64,000 bases of DNA from an uncultured bacterium (GTDB lineage Bacteria > Zixibacteria > MSB-5A5 > UBA10806): positions 32,001-96,000 of the forward strand of contig CBEUCH010000003.1 of the NCBI GenBank assembly GCA_965541585.1. The letters are read 5' to 3'. Shown one piece after another: positions 7,663-16,851 of this stretch. The position numbers were made by a program, and so were the translations under genes. The notes below the pieces were generated by a model that made no database searches, was not told the DNA's origin, and was given only the letters and a program-made list of their open reading frames with translations. Each line of letters opens with the position of its first letter. Position 1 is the stretch's first letter.

Positions 7663-9773
7663 TGGCCGATGCAGCCGCCATGATTCGTGAACGACAGCAT
7701 TTCCTGGTGAAAATCAGTCAGCATTCCGATGTTGTGCTGGCGGTGATGATCGTCTTTATAATCGCCATTCTGGTTCTGCCTCTGCCACCTATGTTTCTCG
7801 ATTTTCTTCTGGCGTTCAACATAACGCTGTCTCTGATAGTCCTTCTGGTCACCATGTATATCACGCGTCCGCTGGAGCTTTCGGTTTTCCCGGGCATGCT
7901 TTTGATTCTGACTCTCTTTCGCCTGTCGTTAAACGTTGCCTCTACGAGATTGATACTCGGAACGGCATATGCAGGCGAAGTGATTGCGTCATTTGGTAAT
8001 TTCGTGGTCGGTGGGAATTATGTCGTTGGATTCATAATCTTTGCCATTCTGGTCATAATCCAGTTCGTCGTCATCACCAAGGGCTCCGGCAGGGTAGCCG
8101 AGGTTGCTGCTCGTTTCACGCTCGATGCCATGCCCGGCAAGCAGATGGCCATCGATGCCGACCTTAATGCCGGCCTTATTACGGAAGATGACGCGCGTAA
8201 CCGCCGCGATCTCATTTCCCGAGAGGCGGATTTCTACGGAGCCATGGACGGAGCTTCCAAGTTTGTACGTGGTGATGCCATTGCCGGCATCTTGATTACC
8301 CTTATAAACGTCGTGGGCGGTTTGGTTATCGGAACCCTGCAGTTAGGTTTGCCCTTACCCGATGCCCTCAGAATCTACACCTTGCTTACGGTGGGCGATG
8401 GTCTCGTCACCCAGATTCCCGCATTAATCATTGCTACCTCTGCCGGTATTCTTGTGACCCGGGCGGCGTCCGATTCTAACCTGGGTAAAGATCTATCATC
8501 TCAAATGACCTCCCATCCAAAGGCGATTTTCATCGCCTCGGCATTTCTCTTCGGCTTCGGTATGGTCCCGGGCTTGCCGACTTTACCTTTTATGCTCCTG
8601 GGAGGCTTAACTGCCACTGTAGCCTATGCTGCCATTAAAAGCAACAAGGCAGAATCTCAAGAGGAGAAACCATCTCAGAAGCCCGAGGCCCCGGTAGAGC
8701 GCATCGAGGATTTTCTTAAAGTGGATACGCTTGAAGTAGAAATTGGATATGGCCTCATACCCCTGGTCGATGATTCCCACAGCAACGATTTGCTCGATCG
8801 CATCGCAATCATACGGCGGCAGATGGCATCCGAACTGGGTTTGATAGTGCCGCCGATCAGGATCAGAGACAATGTTAGCCTCAGGCCAAACGAATATCAC
8901 ATAAAAATCAGAGGGATCTCCGTGGCGACGTCGCAACTCTATCACGGACAAATGCTGGCAATTGATCCGGGGACGATTTCAGATCCGATAGCCGGCATAA
9001 AGACAACCGAACCGGCATTCGACCTGGAGGCAATATGGATAGAGGAAAGTCAACGGGCCCTGGCGGAGAAACGCGGCTACACGGTGGTCGAGCCGACCGC
9101 AGTATTGGCCACTCATCTGACCGAGATTATCAAATCTCACGCCGCCGAGCTATTAAGCCGTCACGAGGTCGCCAGATTAATAGATAATATCAAGACCGAA
9201 CACCAGGCATTGATAGATGAACTCATTCCCAATCTCCTGAATATAGGGCAGATCCAGCATGTCCTGCAGAACTTGCTGGTGGAGAAAATACCCATCAAAG
9301 ATCTGCCAACGGTGCTGGAGGCTCTTGCAGATTATGCACCCAACACCAAGGAACCGGACGTCCTGAGTGAATTCGCCCGTCACGCGTTAGCCCGCACTAT
9401 ATCCACCCTCTATCTCGATGATGAAGGCGGCATGAAGGTGACTATTTTAGATCCTGAACTCGAAACGCTCGTGGCGGAGTCCATTCAGAGCACCAAGCAG
9501 GGCATAATAGCCGTCGTACAACCGGAACTGGTGCAAAAAATCATCCAGGAGGTTTCTGATGCTGCCCACGAGATGTCAATAGCCGGTCATGCGCCGGTGA
9601 TACTTACCAGCCCCAACATAAGGCTGGCATTCAAGAGGATCATAGCTGCCGCTCTGCCAAAAGTGGCTGTGATCTCGTTTAACGAACTAATTCCGAATAT
9701 CGAAATTGAAAGCATAAAAACCGTGAGGATGCCCGATGTTGATCAAAAAGTTCATAGCTCAGAGCCTGCCTGA
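7662..9773 (+). CDS. flhA: Flagellar export protein FlhA
   Basis: RVAEVAARFTLDAMPGKQMAIDADL; FYGAMDGASKFVRGDA. Confidence 0.98.
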   Translation: MADAAAMIRERQHFLVKISQHSDVVLAVMIVFIIAILVLPLPPMFLDFLLAFNITLSLIVLLVTMYITRPLELSVFPGMLLILTLFRLSLNVASTRLILGTAYAGEVIASFGNFVVGGNYVVGFIIFAILVIIQFVVITKGSGRVAEVAARFTLDAMPGKQMAIDADLNAGLITEDDARNRRDLISREADFYGAMDGASKFVRGDAIAGILITLINVVGGLVIGTLQLGLPLPDALRIYTLLTVGDGLVTQIPALIIATSAGILVTRAASDSNLGKDLSSQMTSHPKAIFIASAFLFGFGMVPGLPTLPFMLLGGLTATVAYAAIKSNKAESQEEKPSQKPEAPVERIEDFLKVDTLEVEIGYGLIPLVDDSHSNDLLDRIAIIRRQMASELGLIVPPIRIRDNVSLRPNEYHIKIRGISVATSQLYHGQMLAIDPGTISDPIAGIKTTEPAFDLEAIWIEESQRALAEKRGYTVVEPTAVLATHLTEIIKSHAAELLSRHEVARLIDNIKTEHQALIDELIPNLLNIGQIQHVLQNLLVEKIPIKDLPTVLEALADYAPNTKEPDVLSEFARHALARTISTLYLDDEGGMKVTILDPELETLVAESIQSTKQGIIAVVQPELVQKIIQEVSDAAHEMSIAGHAPVILTSPNIRLAFKRIIAAALPKVAVISFNELIPNIEIESIKTVRMPDVDQKVHSSEPA

Positions 9774-10956
9774 GGCTCTGTCGAAGGTAAAAGCAGATTT
9801 CGGAGAGGAGGCCGTTATCCTCAAGACCCGTTTCAACAACAAAGGCAACGGTAACGGTTCAGCCAAAGAGTCTGCGTCTGTTGAGGTGACGGCGGCAATC
9901 GACAAAGTGGATAAGAAGACTGACAGCCGTAAGAAGACTGCCGTTCAGACCCCGGCTGCCAAGAATAGGATAGCTCTCAAAACGCAGCCGAAGACTGAGA
10001 GATCGAAGGTGTCGGTGGAAACGGTCGAAATGAAAGAACCACCTCAAAGCCCGAGCGAGATTCTAATCGACATTAAGAGAGATCTGAAGCGCCTGCGTTC
10101 GGATGTAATGGCTGGCAGGACGGAGTCGCTGTTCGGACAGCCGACCGGGCTCCAACTCGAGTATGCAAGGAGATTGGTTCAGAAACATCTGCCTGAAGAT
10201 CTGGCTATCGAATTGGTCAGGAATATTCCCGCCGTCCTGTCGGATGATGATCCCGATTCAGCCTGGAATCAGCTGTTTGAGTCTCTCTCCAGCAAGCTCA
10301 GTCCCGGCGAAGCGACAAAGATCGTCGAGAGCGGCGCTACGGTGGTCATGCTCGTGGGGCCTACCGGAAGCGGGAAATCATCGGCGGCCGCGCGATTGGC
10401 GTTTAGGTTCATTGCAGAAGAAGAATGCCCGGTTACTCTGGTGACCACAGATAACTTCCGTGCCGATTCACGGGAGCAATTGATGTCGCTGGCCAACGTA
10501 ATGGGATGTCGTTTCCACGCGGTAACGTCTCCGGAGGAGTTGACGGTACTGCTGAAGACTATTAAGCAGGGCGTCGTCATTATCGATACCAGCGGGATCT
10601 CAACCAGCAGTGATATGGCCGAACTGGTTACCCTGGTGGGCGCTGCCAATCCTCATGAGGTAAACCTCGTTATTCCGGCATCGATCCCCGCGCAGGATAT
10701 ACATAATTTCATCAACGATTGCCCGGACCTCGGCGTTGACAAGCTTCTGGTTACAAAGCTCGACCAGAGCCGTCACCGCGGTGGTGTCGTCGCCGCGGCA
10801 ATCGAGCATGGGTTAGGATTCTCTTATCAGAGCGCATCGCGAGAACTTCCCGGGAATTTTGATCTGTTCGATCCTCGACTATTCGTCTCGGCCTTCAAAC
10901 CGGATGAGAATCCCATGGTGCAGGATGCTCCTGTCAGGGGTGAGGAGGCGAAATGA
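9736..10956 (+). CDS. flhF: SRP-family GTPase FlhF (divergent)
   Basis: N-terminal M.IKKF.A....AL.KVK...GEEAVIL; GPTGSGKS, DTSG and TKLD motifs; follows flhA. Confidence 0.88.
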   Translation: MLIKKFIAQSLPEALSKVKADFGEEAVILKTRFNNKGNGNGSAKESASVEVTAAIDKVDKKTDSRKKTAVQTPAAKNRIALKTQPKTERSKVSVETVEMKEPPQSPSEILIDIKRDLKRLRSDVMAGRTESLFGQPTGLQLEYARRLVQKHLPEDLAIELVRNIPAVLSDDDPDSAWNQLFESLSSKLSPGEATKIVESGATVVMLVGPTGSGKSSAAARLAFRFIAEEECPVTLVTTDNFRADSREQLMSLANVMGCRFHAVTSPEELTVLLKTIKQGVVIIDTSGISTSSDMAELVTLVGAANPHEVNLVIPASIPAQDIHNFINDCPDLGVDKLLVTKLDQSRHRGGVVAAAIEHGLGFSYQSASRELPGNFDLFDPRLFVSAFKPDENPMVQDAPVRGEEAK

Positions 10957-11747
10957 TCAGCCATTCGATAGCGACAGGGATAACTTTTCTGGCAGGCTCC
11001 GGCGGTTCAGGAAGAACAACTGCGGCCACAGGCCTGGCGGCCAGGCTGGCTAAGATGAATCGCAAGGTTCTGCTCTTTGACCTCTGTTTCGGATGGACCG
11101 GTCTGAGTATCGATAAAGACAATATCCCGACCTACGAACAATTACTGGCAGCCGATGAGGATACCGAAGAAATGACGCTACCCACAGATCACGGTTTCGA
11201 TCTGTTGACCACTGTCCCTCCCGGAATTTTGAACCCTGGCGAGGATGACCTCAAGAATATCGCCTGGCTAATTCACAATCTGGCCCGGCAATATGATTTC
11301 ATAATACTCGATCCGCCCTCAGGAGCCCAGCCGCTTGGTATGCTGGCGGCCGCTCTGTGCGACGGGATATTCCTGGTGGCGAGACCCGACGCTGCCGCCG
11401 TGGCCTCATCATACTGTCTGCTCAAAACCCTCGTAGGCGAAAGTCTGAGTGATCGTATAAAGGTCGCCTTCAGTTTTGTGAATTCGCCCGAGCACGCCTC
11501 CTCTTTGAAAGCGAAATTCGATTCGCTCACGGAGCAGTTCCTGAGTCTGAAATTCCAGGATGGTGGATTTATTTATAACAACGCCGGATTCGATTCCGAG
11601 GACTTCTGTGTCGGCAGGAGCACGGATGACTTGCTGGTTCTGGCCAGAAACTTACGCCTGAACGAAACCGGACTGTTTCAAAATGAAACAAAAACCGAAA
11701 CTACGGGTGCGGCTCATCAGATGCCGTTTTTGAGAGACGATAATTAA
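10953..11747 (+). CDS. flhG: MinD-like FlhG/FleN with degenerate Walker A
   Basis: Lies between flhF and fliA; GSGGSGRTT, KVLLFD, YDFIILD.PSG. Confidence 0.8.
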   Translation: MISHSIATGITFLAGSGGSGRTTAATGLAARLAKMNRKVLLFDLCFGWTGLSIDKDNIPTYEQLLAADEDTEEMTLPTDHGFDLLTTVPPGILNPGEDDLKNIAWLIHNLARQYDFIILDPPSGAQPLGMLAAALCDGIFLVARPDAAAVASSYCLLKTLVGESLSDRIKVAFSFVNSPEHASSLKAKFDSLTEQFLSLKFQDGGFIYNNAGFDSEDFCVGRSTDDLLVLARNLRLNETGLFQNETKTETTGAAHQMPFLRDDN

Positions 11748-11774
11748 CAGGATAACATTCAAAATATAGGTAGG

Positions 11775-12542
11775 ATGAAGAAAATGGCAAATTTGGCAAC
11801 CTGGGAGCGCTTCAAGAAAACCGAGGACACGGGCATGCGGACCAAGCTGCTGTCGGATTATCTGCCGCTTGTAAAGAACGTGGCGGGCAGGATGGCAGCG
11901 GGATTTCCGAAGTCTGTTGAACTTAACGATCTTATCAACACTGGCGTCATCGGATTAATTGAGGCATTCAACAATTTTGATCCTGGCCGCGGCGTAAAGT
12001 TCGAGACCTTCGCCGTGCCTCGAATCAGGGGAGCGATACTCGATGAACTCAGGGCGCTGGACTGGGTGCCCAGATCTACCAGGGCGAAGGCGAGAAGCAT
12101 CGATAAAGCCCTGATGAAGCTGGAAAACGAGCTCGGACGCGGCCCATCGGATAATGAATTGGCCAAGAGGATGAGTATTTCGGTCCACGAACTCTTCTCC
12201 GCACGGAAAGATGTCAACGTATCGACCCTATTATCCCTCGATGAGTTGATCTGTCGCGAGGATGATAACCGCCAGGTCCCTCGAATCGAAACTGTCCAGA
12301 ATACGACCACTATAGATGTCTTAAATGACATGGAGAAAACCGAACTCAGGGTGTTCGTCATCGAAACTATCAGCAGCCTCACCGAACAGGAACGGCTCGT
12401 GGTATCGCTGTATTATTACGAGGAACTTACTTTGAAAGAGATTGGAGATATAATGCTGATCTCGGAGTCAAGAGTATCGCAGATTCATACGAGGGCCGTT
12501 ACGCGCTTGCGGAGTTCAATCAGGGATAAGTTCGGAATTTAG
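11775..12542 (+). CDS. fliA: RNA polymerase sigma-28 factor FliA/WhiG
   Basis: GVKFETFA.PRIRGAILDELRALDWVPRS; LYYYEELTLKEIG....ISESRVSQIH. Confidence 0.97.
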   Translation: MKKMANLATWERFKKTEDTGMRTKLLSDYLPLVKNVAGRMAAGFPKSVELNDLINTGVIGLIEAFNNFDPGRGVKFETFAVPRIRGAILDELRALDWVPRSTRAKARSIDKALMKLENELGRGPSDNELAKRMSISVHELFSARKDVNVSTLLSLDELICREDDNRQVPRIETVQNTTTIDVLNDMEKTELRVFVIETISSLTEQERLVVSLYYYEELTLKEIGDIMLISESRVSQIHTRAVTRLRSSIRDKFGI

Positions 12543-12554
12543 CGTCTTCTCAGT

Positions 12555-12887
12555 TTGAGGATCGGGAGATTCGTTGTGAATGAACGTATCGAGCGAAATA
12601 GTGCCCTGACCAAGGCCGAGCCGGTAAGGGAGGTTCGGCAGCCGAAGGAGAGTACCGCCGGAAAGCCGAATAAGAAATTTGTGGCTGAGATAGAAAAAAG
12701 GATTTCCCGGGAAAAGGACCGGAAAAAACAGGATAAAGAAAAGGACGAGATAGTTTTGCATGATGAAGATGAATCGCCCGTCGAAGACGACAGCAAAGAC
12801 GACGATAGCAACATGGATCGAAATAGCCAGCCACCGCCGCCGTCTCCCGACGGTCGGAGAGGGAAGAAGATCGACGTTCTGGCATAG
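12555..12887 (+). CDS. Small, highly charged hypothetical protein; start uncertain
   Basis: Fills the gap after fliA; K/E/D-rich; ends GKKIDVLA. Confidence 0.6.
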   Translation: MRIGRFVVNERIERNSALTKAEPVREVRQPKESTAGKPNKKFVAEIEKRISREKDRKKQDKEKDEIVLHDEDESPVEDDSKDDDSNMDRNSQPPPPSPDGRRGKKIDVLA

Positions 12888-12896
12888 GTTGGAGGA

Positions 12897-13292
12897 ATGA
12901 TGTATTTAGTAGTTTTAGCGATCTCAGCTCTGAATTTGATGATCGTATCCGGAATGTTTCTTCTTTTATTTCGCGATTCCAGAAAGCGGGAAAAAACAGC
13001 GGCCGAGGACAGGCAGTCATTATACTTACTGCAATCGAAATTGCTGGAGAAGTTAAAAGGTGTCGAGCAGGCACATTCCTCGCTGTCTCAGGGCGAGCGA
13101 GTTTTCGATCCTATCGTAGCTCCCGGCCCTGACAAGAATAGAATAAAAGCAGCCATAGACAAATTGAATAGCGGGATGGCTCCGGATATTGTGGGTCGAG
13201 AATGTGGCTACTCAAGGTCTGAAATGGGAATAATTCGCGCTTCTGCAAAGATGAATAGTATGGCCCCCGGCCGGTCTTCTACGCCCCTTTAG
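12897..13292 (+). CDS. Membrane-anchored protein with C-terminal HTH-like motif (DUF2802/DUF6115-like)
   Basis: N-terminal TM, short coiled coil, AIDKLNSGMAPDIVGRECGYSRSEMGII; GGAGG RBS (ATG at 12900 is also possible). Confidence 0.65.
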   Translation: MMYLVVLAISALNLMIVSGMFLLLFRDSRKREKTAAEDRQSLYLLQSKLLEKLKGVEQAHSSLSQGERVFDPIVAPGPDKNRIKAAIDKLNSGMAPDIVGRECGYSRSEMGIIRASAKMNSMAPGRSSTPL

Positions 13293-13314
13293 TAAAATGG
13301 GCATTTGCCGATAA
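13288..13314 (+). promoter_or_regulatory. Candidate sigma28 promoter for the DUF2225-PilZ unit
   Basis: TTTA-N15-GCCGATAA; perfect -10 at 13307-13314. Confidence 0.6.
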
Positions 13315-13348
13315 AATATATGTCTATTACCGCGTGAGGGGCTAATTG

Positions 13349-14527
13349 ATGTCAAATAAACACGAACCTTTCTTTAAAATCAAACTCGAATGCCCGGTCT
13401 GCGGGCAGATAAATAACTTCGAGGTTGTCAAGCAGGGTGAATATACTGAATCGGGCCGGGACACCGATTTTGCACCGGTAGGGCGGATCTGGAAAAATCC
13501 GGCCTATCAGAAATATCATCCACTTCTGTTTTTCACGGCCACCTGCAAGAAATGTTATTATACCAGAGAACTTAACTCTTCATATAAAGAATGGCAGAGC
13601 GACTCGAATTTCAAATCTTACCGCTTACCGTCGCAAAAAAAGAAACATTTAGCGGAATTCAAAAGCGATGACAGCATTATCAGATTATTGGGCGATCAGA
13701 TTAATATCGATTCTTACCCTTTTGAATCGGCCATAATCAAACTGCTGTTGGCAATATATGATGATAATCTGCATGATCGATGCTCGTCGCTGGATATCGC
13801 CAGGTATTTTATTCGCATCGGCTGGGTTTATCGCGATCACGACCATGATGATGTTGGCCAATCCGCAGCGCAGCTGATGCTGAACAAAATACAGATAGAG
13901 ATCGATCGGCTCAAGAATGAGGCGGGCAAATTCAAATCCAGTATCTCTCCGCTGCATCGCCTCATTTCTCAGGATTTTGATAGCGTTGTTGGCTCGCCTT
14001 CCGGGAACGCCTCTTCATCAAAATTGAAATCAACCATGGAAAACATTCCGAAGGTCTGGAGCTCTCTTCTAAATAATGTCGAACAGCTTCAGACCGAATT
14101 CGACGAGGTCAAAAAGGAGATGCACCAGCCTCACTCGGATTCTCCTGAACCGCCAGGGTTCGGCGAATACCCCGGGTTTTGCGATTTTCTCTACAAGGTT
14201 AAGGAAAAATGGAATGAAATACCAATCAATGAGACCGAAGCCCTGGCGCTGGCCCTCAAATATTATATGAAAGCTTATCAAGACAGCCGCGAAATAAAAG
14301 CGGGCCTGCAGCAGCTTCAGGCGGCATATCTGATTGCCGAGCTCTCACGACGGGTCGGCGATCTCTCGCAAGCCGCCGAATATTTTAAAATTTCCAGCAA
14401 GTTAGCGCAGGAATTAATGATGAAAAACAGAAACGACAAATCGATATTCTCCAATGCCCGGAAAGTTTTTGAGATGGCTCTCGAACAAGGGCGCAGCGCC
14501 AAAGAGGTAGCTCGGGTATCTTCATGA
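13349..14527 (+). CDS. DUF2225-like protein (CPVC...CxxC zinc site plus helical/TPR-like C-terminus) with internal insertion
   Basis: CPVCG, DTDF.P, PL.F....CKKCYY, RIGWVYR, YLIAELSRRVG...A..YF. Confidence 0.8.
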   Translation: MSNKHEPFFKIKLECPVCGQINNFEVVKQGEYTESGRDTDFAPVGRIWKNPAYQKYHPLLFFTATCKKCYYTRELNSSYKEWQSDSNFKSYRLPSQKKKHLAEFKSDDSIIRLLGDQINIDSYPFESAIIKLLLAIYDDNLHDRCSSLDIARYFIRIGWVYRDHDHDDVGQSAAQLMLNKIQIEIDRLKNEAGKFKSSISPLHRLISQDFDSVVGSPSGNASSSKLKSTMENIPKVWSSLLNNVEQLQTEFDEVKKEMHQPHSDSPEPPGFGEYPGFCDFLYKVKEKWNEIPINETEALALALKYYMKAYQDSREIKAGLQQLQAAYLIAELSRRVGDLSQAAEYFKISSKLAQELMMKNRNDKSIFSNARKVFEMALEQGRSAKEVARVSS

Positions 14528-15273
14528 GAAAAAAACAACTCAAAAAAGACGATTCCTTGGAGCTCTGGGAGAGGCTCCTACTGGTGATCGAAAAAGACGG
14601 TATTCGCTCGGAGTTCATAACCCGCCTCGAGGATATCAAACAGAGTTCGTATATTCTTGAAATGCCGATCAGGCAAAGCGGGAATGCGACTCTTTCGAAA
14701 GGAGATGTTGTGAAGGTAAGTTATAATAAAAAGGACGCCGCCTATACGTTTAAGGCCAGCATCAAAGATTTATTTGAGGGAGAGAGTAGCTCAATCGAGG
14801 TGGGAAAACCGACTGATGTCAGCCGGATCCAGAGACGGCAATTCGTCAGGCTCGATATATCCGGCAATCTTGGCTTCAGGATTCTGGAATCTCCTGAAAG
14901 CAATGAAGGCAGTATAAGCCAGAAATTTCAGGGGTCCCTTTTGAATATCTCTGCCGGAGGCGTGCTCTTCGAAACTGAAACTCCAATCAAAGCCGACAGC
15001 TTATTGATATTGGATTTCACTTTGAAAGGCCATCAGACGCTCAGCAACGTCCTCGCAGTGGTGAAACGGGCGGAAGCTATCGATGATGAAATGTATATCG
15101 TAGGATCGGAATTCATTTCCAATGACAACCGTGCTCAATACGGTCTCGAGACGCTGGGGGATTTTCTTCCGCCGGGTACCGGCACCTTCGATGACAACCT
15201 TCAGAAACTCATGGTTCAGTTTATTTACAAACAGCAGGTTGCTCGCAGAAAGAAGGGGATGCTTCAACCATGA
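14524..15273 (+). CDS. PilZ-domain c-di-GMP receptor, flagellar brake (YcgR/MotI)-like
   Basis: N-terminal YcgR-like domain; QRRQFVR (RxxxR) and NISAGG (D/NxSxxG). Confidence 0.88.
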   Translation: MRKKQLKKDDSLELWERLLLVIEKDGIRSEFITRLEDIKQSSYILEMPIRQSGNATLSKGDVVKVSYNKKDAAYTFKASIKDLFEGESSSIEVGKPTDVSRIQRRQFVRLDISGNLGFRILESPESNEGSISQKFQGSLLNISAGGVLFETETPIKADSLLILDFTLKGHQTLSNVLAVVKRAEAIDDEMYIVGSEFISNDNRAQYGLETLGDFLPPGTGTFDDNLQKLMVQFIYKQQVARRKKGMLQP

Positions 15274-15827
15274 AAAAAGTCGCCTCGATATTCTTTTGCG
15301 CCCTTGCGGCCATTTTATTGACGGCGAGTTCATCGGAGTGCAGCAGCGTTCCCTCGGTGAATATGGCGCTGTCTTTGAAAGCCGAGGACGGTACCTTTCC
15401 ATTTTCGCGGGATCGTCTTGCATCCTCGCTTGATAAGCAGCTTCGTCTGATGGGTTTCACGGGACTGTTGAGAATTCTCGATTGCGGCACCGAGGACAAA
15501 GCGCCGGGTGAATCATTGGTTCGCATTACCGTTTGCAGGTCGTTCTGGCAATCACAGAAGGCTCTTTCTATCCCGTATCTGCTGAATCGTTATCGTCGCG
15601 TTTTCGTTCTGGAGGTGTTTCTGGAAATCCCCGCCGGGATTCATGGGACGTTTTCGGAAATGATAAAGTTGGAACGCTCGTCGGCTGCGCGAAGCCAGCT
15701 TATGTCCAATGACAGATATGATCCGGGGCTGCTTTTAGACCAGAGCGAGCGCATAAGGTTAGAAGAGATCGTGCATCGAAAATTGGCAAAACGGATTGCG
15801 AAACGTCTTTCTGAAAATCTGGAATGA
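15270..15827 (+). CDS. Hypothetical exported protein
   Basis: Signal-peptide-like N-terminus; ATGA overlap with the PilZ gene. Confidence 0.6.
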   Translation: MKKVASIFFCALAAILLTASSSECSSVPSVNMALSLKAEDGTFPFSRDRLASSLDKQLRLMGFTGLLRILDCGTEDKAPGESLVRITVCRSFWQSQKALSIPYLLNRYRRVFVLEVFLEIPAGIHGTFSEMIKLERSSAARSQLMSNDRYDPGLLLDQSERIRLEEIVHRKLAKRIAKRLSENLE

Positions 15828-15982
15828 GCGAACCGTGCCAGTACAATTTCGGGAATGGCGGCGAGGATCTCGCCGCATACAGGGTATTTTTGCAGATTAA
15901 AGAAATAACGAAGGTCTTCATAGCGGGCGATTAATTGCCCGTCTGAAAATAGATGGGTGGTATAAAACACAGGGAGGGAAAT

Positions 15983-16831
15983 GTGCCCCGAGTTCAATTA
16001 AAAACCGGTCAGATCAGCCTTCGAGAAGAGCTCAAAGAGTTATATAAGATTTCAAGCCTGGTTCAGGAATCCCCGGTGGAGATTAGCTCTTTAGAGGAAA
16101 TCTTGAAGCAAATCGGAAACTTAGTAGACTATAGATCGGCGTCTCTTTTCATCATCCCCAGAGAGAGCGGAAAGCTGGAGGAGGTCTGCACCATAGGAAG
16201 AACGGTTGAACTGATTGATTTTGTGAATTTCAATATGGGAACTGGTATTTCGGCATGGGTTGCGCAAAAGAAAAGACATATAATCTTAAATAACCTGAGA
16301 AAATCCCGGGGCGGAACTCATACAAAATCGTTTTTGTCGGTGCCCATCGTTCTTGGCGGCGAGGTCACAGGGGTGATTAACCTGGCTCACGATGAGCCGG
16401 ATTCTTTCACCGAATCCGATGCCGAGATTGTCAGAATCACATTATCGTCGATTGCGCTTCTGGTCGAGAGAATAACCCATGAGAAATCGGAGAGAGGACT
16501 GCGAAAAGAAGTAGAGTCTCTGTCTGAGAAGCTGACATCGACCAGAGAGAGATTGGTCGAATTTGAGAAATTGCATTCTTCCGGTGAAGTTGCGGACGCG
16601 TTGAATAAGAAGATTAAGAATCCGCTGGCTATCATCGCGGGGAACGCACAGTTCCTTTTGATGACAATGAAAAATCCGGGAAACTCGGTATTAAACAGGC
16701 TCAAGGCCATCGATAGGGAAGTCTGCAATGTAATAGAAATGACAAAAAGTCTTCAAGCTTCCTATCCGCTTTCGGGCTCCAGTCATCTATTCGCGATAGA
16801 AAGTAGCAAAGCTCGTTTCGAGAGGGAATAG
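15983..16831 (+). CDS. GAF domain plus His-less HisKA/DHp-like helix pair; no ATPase domain
   Basis: GAF: G.GISAWVA, SFLSVPIV.GGEV.GVINLA...P.SFT..D. DHp-like: NKKIKNPLAIIAGNAQFL. GTG start at 15983 after AGGGAGG. Confidence 0.8.
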   Translation: MPRVQLKTGQISLREELKELYKISSLVQESPVEISSLEEILKQIGNLVDYRSASLFIIPRESGKLEEVCTIGRTVELIDFVNFNMGTGISAWVAQKKRHIILNNLRKSRGGTHTKSFLSVPIVLGGEVTGVINLAHDEPDSFTESDAEIVRITLSSIALLVERITHEKSERGLRKEVESLSEKLTSTRERLVEFEKLHSSGEVADALNKKIKNPLAIIAGNAQFLLMTMKNPGNSVLNRLKAIDREVCNVIEMTKSLQASYPLSGSSHLFAIESSKARFERE

Positions 16832-16851
16832 AGCCTCGGGAGCATAGATAA

